This document shows positions 21,180 through 30,217 of a stretch of 64,000 nt of DNA, piece after piece. The notes beneath the pieces are model-generated. The model was not told where the DNA came from. It made no database searches and worked only from the letters and a program-made list of their open reading frames with translations. Position numbers and translations under genes: made by a program. Each line of letters opens with the position of its first letter. Positions within the stretch are counted from its first letter, which is position 1. Location: positions 128,001 to 192,000 of the forward strand of contig CALSPG010000006.1 in NCBI GenBank assembly GCA_943788175.1, written 5' to 3'. The stretch is from an uncultured bacterium. Lineage in GTDB: Bacteria > Fidelibacterota > Marinisomatia > Marinisomatales > UBA1611.

Positions 21180-21793
21180 TTTTTCAATTGACCGACAACA
21201 CATAAAGTTCCAGGAAACTCATTTGACGCATTAACTCTAAAACTATAGCAACTAGACAAACCGGCACTTTTAAATATTTGCACCCATTCTTTTTCATCTT
21301 TGAGAGCCATGTGGACATTTAAATCCTCTGCCCAGCTATAACTATCTGGATTACCAATATAGTGATCTAGTCCGATAACTAGCATGCCACCTGGTGCTAA
21401 CCATTTATCAACTATGTGTTTAGTAAGTGTTTTAGGTGACTTGAAATAATAAAAAACCTCCATACTAAAAACAAAATCAATTTTATTTTTTGGAGACCAC
21501 AATAATAAATCTTCAAGATAATAATCTCCATCGGGATCAATTTCTTTCGCATTTTGAATCATAGATTTTGCTCCATCTACACCAAAAGAACTTTTACAAA
21601 ATGGCATCTGTCTGACTTTTCGTACAACCCACCCATTACCGCAACCAGCATCCGCGAAATTAAAGTTAGATTTCGTTTCAGGAAGCGTTTTATCTAAAAT
21701 TTGATTTACAGCGGGGCTATGAGATTGTGCCATACCTCTATCCTTTCCATTATCTGCCCATTTACTAAAAAGATCTGTGGCTATATTTTGCAT
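21176..21793 (-). CDS. Class I SAM-dependent methyltransferase
   Basis: DAGCGNG motif I; LAPGG. Confidence 0.85.
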   Translation of the reverse strand: MQNIATDLFSKWADNGKDRGMAQSHSPAVNQILDKTLPETKSNFNFADAGCGNGWVVRKVRQMPFCKSSFGVDGAKSMIQNAKEIDPDGDYYLEDLLLWSPKNKIDFVFSMEVFYYFKSPKTLTKHIVDKWLAPGGMLVIGLDHYIGNPDSYSWAEDLNVHMALKDEKEWVQIFKSAGLSSCYSFRVNASNEFPGTLCVVGQLKN

Positions 21794-21826
21794 TTTTTCC
21801 TCAATATTTATATCTTAAAATAACAC

Positions 21827-22600
21827 ATGACAAAAAAGAAAGATATAGCTTTTGATTGGCTAAGAAGATATACTGGCACGAACCCTAAAGATTATGGAGA
21901 TTGGATACTTTTAACAAATTTTCATAATTATGTAGAAAAATTTTCAGAGCGATTTGGTTGTGAAATAAATGGAATTGGTGGACCGATGACATCTTCAGTT
22001 AATTCGAATGGCCTTGGTATTATCAATTTTGGTATTGGTAGCGCAAATGCAGCTACTATTATGGATTTACTATCTTCAATCAATCCTAAGGGAATACTCT
22101 TCCTTGGAAAATGTGGCGGGTTAAAGAAGACAACCGATATTGGGAACTTCATACTTCCAATCGCAGCAATTCGAGGTGAAGGAACTAGCGATGATTATTT
22201 TCCCAAAGAAGTACCAGCAATGCCTTCATTCAAACTTCATAAATATGTTTCTGATATATTAGTTGAAAGAAAAATTGAATATAGGACAGGTGTTATCTAT
22301 TCAACGAATCGAAGGGTATGGGAACATGATAACAAGTTTAAAAAATATTTGAGAAAAATAAGAGTCATGGGAATTGATATGGAGACTGCGACGTTATTTA
22401 TAACTGGATTTTCGAATGAAATTAATAGAGGCGCTTTGTTACTAGTCAGTGATACTCCAATGATTCCAGAAGGAATAAAAACAGAAGAAAAAGATAGAGA
22501 TGTTACTCAAAAATACGTCGATTTACATATTGACATGGGCATTGAAGCGATGACAAAAATTGGAGATGAAGGCGAGAAAATCAAGCACTTCAAATATTGA
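21827..22600 (+). CDS. amn: AMP nucleosidase (short form)
   Basis: WLRRYTG, ILLTNF, GKCGGL, AIRGEGTS and IDMETAT. Confidence 0.9.
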   Translation: MTKKKDIAFDWLRRYTGTNPKDYGDWILLTNFHNYVEKFSERFGCEINGIGGPMTSSVNSNGLGIINFGIGSANAATIMDLLSSINPKGILFLGKCGGLKKTTDIGNFILPIAAIRGEGTSDDYFPKEVPAMPSFKLHKYVSDILVERKIEYRTGVIYSTNRRVWEHDNKFKKYLRKIRVMGIDMETATLFITGFSNEINRGALLLVSDTPMIPEGIKTEEKDRDVTQKYVDLHIDMGIEAMTKIGDEGEKIKHFKY

Positions 22601-22606
22601 TTAGAA

Positions 22607-22741
22607 TTAGCTAGCGCAGCAACAATTACTCTTACAGCAATTTCGAGCACAACCGCTCATACACGATTGACCTTTATTACAGCAGATACAATCACATCCG
22701 CCGTCACAACATTTACAACCTTTTGAACAACAGTTATTCAT
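22607..22741 (-). CDS. Small Cys-rich metallothionein-like protein (44 aa; not in ORF track)
   Basis: Own translation MNNCCSKGCKCCDGGCDCICCNKGQSCMSGCARNCCKSNCCCAS*: 16 Cys, no His or aromatic residues. RBS-like AAGAAAGGAA lies just upstream of the ATG. The ORF fills the intergenic gap. Confidence 0.85.
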   Translation of the reverse strand: MNNCCSKGCKCCDGGCDCICCNKGQSCMSGCARNCCKSNCCCAS

Positions 22742-22775
22742 AACGTTCCTTTCTTAAGATTCAATAAATAAAATT

Positions 22776-24245
22776 TCAATCCTGCCTATCACAATTTTCT
22801 TCTAAGAATACTTCCCAAGCCTCGCTGGTATCAAAAACAAAAACCATATCACCTCCAACAACGACCTCTATTGGAAATTGTAAAATAGGCTCTCTTTCAT
22901 AGTTCGGATTTTCTTCATAGAATCTTCGAATTAATCCCCAGCTAGGCTCATCATCTGCACTTAATATTTCTACAGTTGATTCATCTGGCAATATAAACGT
23001 AATCGGATAGACATATTCATAACAATCATATCCTTCATCCTCTTCATTCTCTACTTCACGACATTCCTCTTTAGCAGAGACCATCTCCTCTTCACTATTA
23101 ATGATTTGAGTTTCAGTTCCTTCCTCAGTTCTATAAGTAATTTCTACAGGATATTGTAAAGAAGGTCTCTCATCAGATTCAGGGTTATCATCATACCAAG
23201 ATTTGTATTCAGCCCAGCTTTCTTCATCATCAGCAGAAATTTCAATTGTTGCACTATCAGGCATTAGATATGAAACTGGATATACTAACTCAAAGCATTC
23301 GCGTTCTTCCCAGTCGTCATAATACTCGCCCCACATTTCACGACATTCCTCTTTCGCTTCTATCATCTCATCTTCACTGTTAATTGTGACTATTCTTTGA
23401 TCCTGAGTACCCTCGTCTACATCAATTTCATAGATAATGTCTACTGGATATTGAAGAGAAGGCCTTTCATCAGAATTAGAGTTGTCATCATACCAAGATT
23501 TTAATTCAGTCCAACTTTCTTCATCATCAGCAGAAATTTCAATTGTTGTACCATCAGGCATTAGGTAGTTCACTGGATATAAAATAGAAAAACAATTTTT
23601 GTTTTTATCCCAATCTCTTCCTTGGCCGTAACAATTTTTATATGTTTCCTCTAATCTTTCATCACTATCAATAGTAATTAATTCACCATCATTATCGGTT
23701 ATATTAATAGGATAAACAACCGATACATCTTCATCAACCTCATAAGCTTCATAATATTCTTTTATAGATTCTTCATCTTCAAAGGTATACGTGTTGCCAA
23801 TAGGAGTAGTCACCGTTATCGGAAATTCAATACTAAAACATTCCCAGTCTCTCTTATCTCTAGATTCACCTCTGCTGTAATAATCATCCTCATCAAACCG
23901 ATAGTCTTTTTCATATTCTGAATAATCTAGTTTTTTACCCTCTACGTCAAAATATAATTCACTGCGCTTTCCTAAACGTCCAGGTCTCCCAGCTATAGAT
24001 ACTTCGTAACCAAGATTTGAAGCTTTTAGGGATTGCAAATGATAATATTCAGATAAATAATTATCTTCCATCGTAGATTTTGCTGAAGATGGTAGACCAT
24101 CCATCTCAACCTCTATTTTATCATCAGCATCAATAATTGCTTGAATCAATTCTGCATCAGATAAACCTTGAGGCTCATCTTTAGCACATCCAGCAAAAAA
24201 GAATGTTATAATAGTAAAAATAAAAACTTTTTTAAAATGGTCCAT
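22776..24245 (-). CDS. Very acidic lipoprotein with PepSY-like N-domain and four Cys-bounded internal repeats
   Basis: Lipobox FAGC; ELYFDVEG; four units starting C(F/Y)xxx(F/Y)P and ending xxxC; units 2 and 3 are similar even at DNA level. Confidence 0.8.
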   Translation of the reverse strand: MDHFKKVFIFTIITFFFAGCAKDEPQGLSDAELIQAIIDADDKIEVEMDGLPSSAKSTMEDNYLSEYYHLQSLKASNLGYEVSIAGRPGRLGKRSELYFDVEGKKLDYSEYEKDYRFDEDDYYSRGESRDKRDWECFSIEFPITVTTPIGNTYTFEDEESIKEYYEAYEVDEDVSVVYPINITDNDGELITIDSDERLEETYKNCYGQGRDWDKNKNCFSILYPVNYLMPDGTTIEISADDEESWTELKSWYDDNSNSDERPSLQYPVDIIYEIDVDEGTQDQRIVTINSEDEMIEAKEECREMWGEYYDDWEERECFELVYPVSYLMPDSATIEISADDEESWAEYKSWYDDNPESDERPSLQYPVEITYRTEEGTETQIINSEEEMVSAKEECREVENEEDEGYDCYEYVYPITFILPDESTVEILSADDEPSWGLIRRFYEENPNYEREPILQFPIEVVVGGDMVFVFDTSEAWEVFLEENCDRQD

Positions 24246-24424
24246 AATGTTTTCCTTTAAGACTAAGCAAAATAAATGTTTAAAATGTAAATTTGTTCCA
24301 AAACAAAAATTCTATATGTTTACTAAACACAAGATAATCGTTAATTTAATGCTTTATAATTACCCTATTCAATATAATATAAATCATACCTTACCGCACT
24401 AACAGTATTTTATTTTCTTCGTAT

Positions 24425-26695
24425 ATGTTTATTAAAAATCGTATTTCATTATTATTACTATTATTATCTGTCTTAAACGCTGAACCTACTGGATTTGTAA
24501 AAGGAAAAATTATCGATATTAATAGTCAATTACCTCTAGTAGGCGCAAACATTGTAATTAAATCTACTTCATTAGGTACTATATCAGATGAAGATGGATA
24601 TTTTTCAATTGAAGATATTCCAAACGGAAATTATTCTATATCAGCGAGCTATATAGGTTATAAGACTGTTTATTTATCTGATATCTGGGTGCGACCTAAC
24701 GCCTATGATTTTTTAAACGTTAAGCTAGAGCAATCAGTTATTCAGATTGATGATATCACTGTTGAAGAAAATTTTTTTAAAAAATCTCTAGTAAATGAAT
24801 TTCAATCTGTTTCATTTAATCGCGATGATATGAGGCGTTCTCCCGGGTCAGGACAAGAAATAACTAGAATTATTAATACACTTCCTAGTGTTGCTAGCGT
24901 TGGCGAGAATAGACAAGATATGATGGTACGTGGTGGAGGACCTACAGAAAACGGGTTTTTAATAGATAACATATACATTCCGAGTATTTCTCATTTTCAG
25001 CAGGCAGATGGAAGATCAAACGGACCAGTCGGGATTATTAATACAGACATGGTAGAAAATTTAGATTTTTATAGTAATGGTTTTTCATCAAAATATGGGA
25101 ATAAGCTATCAAGCTTTGGTGATATTACATACCGTTCAGGTAATAGAGAAAAAAGTGAAGGATATGGACTCCTTGGGATGGGTGGTCTTGGTTTTTTGAT
25201 AGAAGGGCCTGTCTCTAATAAGGTAAGTTACATTACATCATTCAGAATGAGCTATCTTGATATAATTGCTGATGCAATTAATGCTAGTGGCGGAATGCCT
25301 TCTTATAATGATTTTCAAACAAAAATTGATTATAAACCTAATATATACAATACTTTCTCTATATTGGTTATTGCTGGGGGCAGCTTGTATGATAGAGATA
25401 AAAAAGGCGCATTAGATGTCGGGGAAAGTGAATATGGAGAACTAAAAAATAATCAGCTAACAATAGGCATTAATTACAAGAGAATTTGGAATGAAAAAGC
25501 ATATTCAAATACCAGCTTATCCATTTCAAATAAATATTCAAAAGTTAACTTTTCAAATATTAATACAGATACTTTAGTTTTCAAGAATATTGAGGAAGCA
25601 GATATATTTAATTTCCGTCAAATAAATCATATTAAAATAGCCTCCCAAACAAATTTAGAATTTGGTTTTGATGCTCAATGGACAACGCAGTATTATGATT
25701 ATTTGCGAAAGTTGAATGATAGCAATATTCTTCTAGATGAAATAAAATTTGACCAAAAAGTATCAATATCTAATTATTCAGCCTTTTTTACTGTAAAGAA
25801 AAATTTAGGCAGAAAATTAATATCTTCTATTGGGCTTAGAACAGATCTTAATGATTATGAGAATACAACTTTAATTTCACCTAGAATTAACTTAGACTAT
25901 GAAATAGTTAATAGTAAAACAAACTTAATATTTAACATAGGTGATTATTACCAAAATCCTCCTGCTATATATGTTGCTAATAAAACTTCAGATAGATTAA
26001 AGAGCGCTAGAGCTAGACAATATTCAGTTTGTCTTGAACACATGATTACAGCAAGTACAAAATTTTCAGTATCAGCTTATCAGAAAGACTATAATAACAG
26101 CCCCATACTCCCAAATTCAAACCTACATAATGATCCGACTTTTCTTTTCGATGAATTAAGAATGTATAATGGAATCGTTTCAGAAGGATCAGCATCATCA
26201 AAAGGGCTAGAAGTTTTAATCCAAAAAAAGAGAGTTGAAAATTTTTATGGATTAATTGGCGGCTCTATCTTTAATTCAACTTTTATCGATTTTGAAGGAA
26301 TTGAAAGAAATAGGAATCATAATTATCGTTATATTTTTAATATTGTTGGTGGGTATCGGCCTAAATCAGATTGGGAACTATCTATTCGATGGTCCTATTT
26401 TGGAGGGAGACCATATACACCAATTAATTTAGAAGCATCGATTTCAGATAACGAACAATATTCAGATGTTGAAAATTTCAATGAAAACAAAACCCCAGAT
26501 TACCATTCACTTTTCGTCAGGTATGAAAGAAGATATAATCTAAAGAAATCAAATTTGATTTTATTTTTTGAAATTTGGAATACATATAATCGAGAAAATA
26601 TCGAAACATTCTTTTTCAGTAAAGAACGAGACTCAATAGAAAAAATACTCTATTTTAGTACAATCCCTGTTGGAGGATTTGGAATAGAATTCTAA
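24425..26695 (+). CDS. TonB-dependent receptor with N-terminal carboxypeptidase-regulatory-like domain
   Basis: Signal peptide; GTISDEDGYF...SYIGY; plug VRGGGPTEN; GFSSKYG; terminal Phe (GFGIEF). Confidence 0.9.
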   Translation: MFIKNRISLLLLLLSVLNAEPTGFVKGKIIDINSQLPLVGANIVIKSTSLGTISDEDGYFSIEDIPNGNYSISASYIGYKTVYLSDIWVRPNAYDFLNVKLEQSVIQIDDITVEENFFKKSLVNEFQSVSFNRDDMRRSPGSGQEITRIINTLPSVASVGENRQDMMVRGGGPTENGFLIDNIYIPSISHFQQADGRSNGPVGIINTDMVENLDFYSNGFSSKYGNKLSSFGDITYRSGNREKSEGYGLLGMGGLGFLIEGPVSNKVSYITSFRMSYLDIIADAINASGGMPSYNDFQTKIDYKPNIYNTFSILVIAGGSLYDRDKKGALDVGESEYGELKNNQLTIGINYKRIWNEKAYSNTSLSISNKYSKVNFSNINTDTLVFKNIEEADIFNFRQINHIKIASQTNLEFGFDAQWTTQYYDYLRKLNDSNILLDEIKFDQKVSISNYSAFFTVKKNLGRKLISSIGLRTDLNDYENTTLISPRINLDYEIVNSKTNLIFNIGDYYQNPPAIYVANKTSDRLKSARARQYSVCLEHMITASTKFSVSAYQKDYNNSPILPNSNLHNDPTFLFDELRMYNGIVSEGSASSKGLEVLIQKKRVENFYGLIGGSIFNSTFIDFEGIERNRNHNYRYIFNIVGGYRPKSDWELSIRWSYFGGRPYTPINLEASISDNEQYSDVENFNENKTPDYHSLFVRYERRYNLKKSNLILFFEIWNTYNRENIETFFFSKERDSIEKILYFSTIPVGGFGIEF

Positions 26696-26696
26696 A

Positions 26697-27305
26697 ATGG
26701 AAAAAAATAATGATATAAACAAATCTAGTTTTTGGGAAAACAGATATGATAAAGGCGAAATTGGATGGGACTTAGGATCAGAAACTCCGGTTTTTTCTGC
26801 TATATCTGAAACATTAAAACCAGGAAGTGTTTGCATCTTAGGATGCGGAAACGGATACGATGCAATTTTCTTTAGCAAAAAAGGATTCAATGTTACTGCA
26901 GTAGATTTTGCAGAAACACCAATCAAAAATATTAATAATATCGCAAATAATTTATCTTTGACAATAAATACTATTCAAGAAGATATCTTTGATTTAACAC
27001 CAAAATACAATAATAACTTTGATTATATACTTGAACAAACTTGCTTTTGTGCTATAGATCCAAAAAATAGAGTCCAGTATAGTAATTTAGCTTATGACCT
27101 TTTGAAGGTAGGTGGAAGACTAATAGGATTATGGATGCCGCTGGATAAAGATATTAAGGAAGGCGGCCCTCCATTCGGAGTTAAAGAAGATGAGGTTAAG
27201 AAATTATTTTCAAAACAGTGGAAGATAACAGAAGACTGCTTCCCAATACAATCAATCCAAGCTCGTAAAGGAAGAGAAAAATTGATTGTCTTTGAAAAAT
27301 TATAA
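26697..27305 (+). CDS. Thiopurine/thiol/halide S-methyltransferase (TPMT family)
   Basis: FWENRY...GWDLG, GCGNGYD, EQTCFCAI and GGPPFG. Confidence 0.85.
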   Translation: MEKNNDINKSSFWENRYDKGEIGWDLGSETPVFSAISETLKPGSVCILGCGNGYDAIFFSKKGFNVTAVDFAETPIKNINNIANNLSLTINTIQEDIFDLTPKYNNNFDYILEQTCFCAIDPKNRVQYSNLAYDLLKVGGRLIGLWMPLDKDIKEGGPPFGVKEDEVKKLFSKQWKITEDCFPIQSIQARKGREKLIVFEKL

Positions 27306-28292
27306 CATATCAGGCTCTGGACTTGGTCTGTTTTTTAAAATTTTATCAATTAAGCTCATTACTTTATCATCAAGAAGCCTAGCATATTCTGCTGCTTTAA
27401 TATTTTCGTCTAACTGTTTAATTGTAGTAGCTCCGAGAATTACAGTGCTAACATTTTTATTTTTCAAACACCAAGCTATGCTTAATTGAGCCATTGAGAT
27501 ATCTAATTTTTCTGCGATCTTAGATAATTTAATTACTTTTTTAATATTCTCAGCTCCTTGTTTGGACTCCAAACCGTCTCTTAAAAACTTGTAATCAGGC
27601 AAACTCATTCTTGAGCCTTTTGGAATATTTTCATTGTACTTACCAGTTAAAATTCCTGATGCTAAGGGTGACCAAATTGTCGTACCCAATCCTTCTGTTG
27701 AAAAAAGCCCTAAGAATTCTTTTTCTAATTTTGACCGGTGAAACATATTGTATTGAGGTTGCTCCATGCTAGGTGGCGTCAACCCATATTGATGTGCTAC
27801 GGAATAAGCTTCTCTAATCCTGTCAGCAGACCATTCAGAAGTACCCCAATAAAGGATTTTACCTTGTTTTATAAGTACATCCATTGCCCGCACGGTTTCT
27901 TCAACAGGGGTATGGAAATCAGGCCTATGGCAAAAATACATATCCAAGTAATCAACACGTAAACGTTTTAATGCTGCATCGCAAGCATCTCGAATATGTT
28001 TAGTGTTTAGACCTCTTTGGGTTACAGCTTGACCACCCCAAAAAACTTTACTTGAAACAATGTAGGTATCTCTATGAAGACCAAGATCAAAAATTACGTC
28101 ACCCATAATTTTTTCTGATTCCCCAGATGCATAGACTTCAGCGTTATCAAAAAAGTTAATTCCAGAATCATATGCATGTTTCATGGTTTTCTTTGCTTTA
28201 GCTTTATCGAGTTGAAATGAAAATGTCACCCAAGAGCCATAAGATAACTCACTCACTCTTAAACCTGACTTGCCTAAATTTCTAAATTCCAT
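27300..28292 (-). CDS. Aldo/keto reductase (Kv-beta-like)
   Basis: LGKSGLRVS, FFDNAEVY, YWGTSEW and WSPLASG. Confidence 0.92.
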   Translation of the reverse strand: MEFRNLGKSGLRVSELSYGSWVTFSFQLDKAKAKKTMKHAYDSGINFFDNAEVYASGESEKIMGDVIFDLGLHRDTYIVSSKVFWGGQAVTQRGLNTKHIRDACDAALKRLRVDYLDMYFCHRPDFHTPVEETVRAMDVLIKQGKILYWGTSEWSADRIREAYSVAHQYGLTPPSMEQPQYNMFHRSKLEKEFLGLFSTEGLGTTIWSPLASGILTGKYNENIPKGSRMSLPDYKFLRDGLESKQGAENIKKVIKLSKIAEKLDISMAQLSIAWCLKNKNVSTVILGATTIKQLDENIKAAEYARLLDDKVMSLIDKILKNRPSPEPDML

Positions 28293-28333
28293 ATGTATTT
28301 TCCTTTTAAATAAATTTTATATATATCAACACA

Positions 28334-30217
28334 CTAATTATTTGAACGTATCAATACCTTATTTTTTGATTTAGCCCAATAATATGTTCCAACGCCTGTA
28401 ACAATCTCAAATAATGTAAATAGGATTAGGTTTACTGCTATTCCACTTGCAAAGCCGTAACTATGTAAGCCTATGGAAAGTAGGTTTACACCGAACCATG
28501 CCATTATAACAACGATATTATTAAGTACCATACCAAGCGCAAATTTATCAGGTTTAGCTAAACCACTCAGTCTCATGTGAACCATCATTAACTGCCACAG
28601 AACAATTAAAAGAGCACCATTTTCTTTAGGATCCCATCCCCAAAATCTACCCCAAGACTGATCAGCCCAAATACCACCAAGGATTGTCCCAAAAAGGGTG
28701 AAAAAGAGCGCAATCAATGTGACGCCAAACATATTATTATAAATACTCTTTAATCGTACACTATCTTTTGGTACTCGTATTTTTTCGATTAAATAAATAT
28801 GACCAATTAAACCGGCCATTAAAGACGTACCATAGCCAAGAATGATTGTGGTGACATGAGTCGCAAGCCAAAAGTTAGAATTCAAAACAGCGACAAGCAT
28901 CTCCAAAGTATCACCATCTGCGGCATAACCAAAGCCAACATAATGAAGAAGAGATCCACTAATTGACCCAATAAAAATTCCTAAACCATCTCTTCGAATA
29001 TATTCAATAATAAGTGAAATAAGGACAATTACAACCCCAACAAAAATTACAGTTTCATAAAGAGTAGAAATTGGTGGACGGCTCATAATTACCATCCTCA
29101 AATAAATACCAAGTGTGTGTAGACAAAAACCAATTATAATTGAACAAAATGCAACATTTTTAAAAATAACAGGCTTGATCATCCAACTTATGCCCAGCAA
29201 GATGAAGCCAAGTAGATAGAAAACTAAACTATTTGTAAACAAATCAACTTCATTAAGCCATCGCTCCTTGCTAAGTATTGAGAAATCTACTTTTTTACCA
29301 ACATGAGAAATGAGTCCTGTTTTATATGAACTCAAAGCAATATTTTGATTTTCAATGTTATTTTCAAATCTTGCAAGCAGGTAAGATTCTAATGATTTGA
29401 TAATTTTATCTTGGTGAGGCTCTATTAATCTACCATCAAATAATTCCCAAGGTGATAGCCACAAACCTGATGAATCATTTTTTGAAGGAGGTATAATTTT
29501 TAGTGCCTTTGCAAAATCGTCCGAACTAGTTTGCTGTAAATTATAGAGAAGCAGCGCAATCTCTTTTTCAGAAACAGACCATTCTGATTCGGGTTTAGTA
29601 AGGATTCCTTGGGACGTTTCAAATAATGACCCTCGATGACTCATTACGTGGGCATAGCTGATAAGCTGCCCGGGCTCTACGTGAAGGCTAGAGGCTAAAT
29701 CTGAATCATAAACTGAAAAAAGAGGAAGTAGGCAACTTAGACTAGATACTATTTCTCTAAATTTCATTACATTTTGATATATTTCCACCAATTGACTTTC
29801 AAAAACATCTCTATCAACTTCTTTTTTTTCAAAAATTTCTCTAATAAGGGGTAATTGCTTTTCAATACCTGGAAATAATTCATTATAACTATATTTATGA
29901 AAGTTATTTGTCCAAATTAGACCTAAGGCATTGACAACTTCAGGGTTTCTAAGATTAAATACTTTTTGATCCAGCCCTTTTTCAGGGTGCGTAAACAGAT
30001 TTAAAAGCCAATCAATAGCAGAAAGGTCCTCATGTTTAATTTCTCTCTTACCATAAAAAGCTAAGGATTGATTTCTAGCAAATGAATCGAGAGGCTTTAT
30101 TCTACCACCTTCTTGAATTGGAATATCACTAACAAAAAAACTCTCTGCTGATAAGCTACTATAAAGCATAATGGTAGATGCAATTATGCTTATTGAAATG
30201 ACTGAAAGATTTTTCAT
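28334..30217 (-). CDS. ccsA: Cytochrome c biogenesis protein CcsA/ResC (system II)
   Basis: WWD motif GGIWADQSWGRFWGWDPKE, GLHSY and GRIKP. Confidence 0.9.
   Translation of the reverse strand: MKNLSVISISIIASTIMLYSSLSAESFFVSDIPIQEGGRIKPLDSFARNQSLAFYGKREIKHEDLSAIDWLLNLFTHPEKGLDQKVFNLRNPEVVNALGLIWTNNFHKYSYNELFPGIEKQLPLIREIFEKKEVDRDVFESQLVEIYQNVMKFREIVSSLSCLLPLFSVYDSDLASSLHVEPGQLISYAHVMSHRGSLFETSQGILTKPESEWSVSEKEIALLLYNLQQTSSDDFAKALKIIPPSKNDSSGLWLSPWELFDGRLIEPHQDKIIKSLESYLLARFENNIENQNIALSSYKTGLISHVGKKVDFSILSKERWLNEVDLFTNSLVFYLLGFILLGISWMIKPVIFKNVAFCSIIIGFCLHTLGIYLRMVIMSRPPISTLYETVIFVGVVIVLISLIIEYIRRDGLGIFIGSISGSLLHYVGFGYAADGDTLEMLVAVLNSNFWLATHVTTIILGYGTSLMAGLIGHIYLIEKIRVPKDSVRLKSIYNNMFGVTLIALFFTLFGTILGGIWADQSWGRFWGWDPKENGALLIVLWQLMMVHMRLSGLAKPDKFALGMVLNNIVVIMAWFGVNLLSIGLHSYGFASGIAVNLILFTLFEIVTGVGTYYWAKSKNKVLIRSNN

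Noticed and set aside
22607-22741. Cys-rich ORF as a RiPP (ranthipeptide/thiopeptide) precursor
   Set aside because: No leader/core division, since Cys runs throughout, and no radical SAM, YcaO or Lan enzymes nearby.
22960-23600. CRISPR-like or non-coding repeat array
   Set aside because: The repeats are long, degenerate and in frame within a lipoprotein gene; no cas genes are present.
24331-24351. Fur box upstream of the TonB receptor (GATAATCGTTAAT)
   Set aside because: Only one half-site matches, which is expected by chance in AT-rich DNA.
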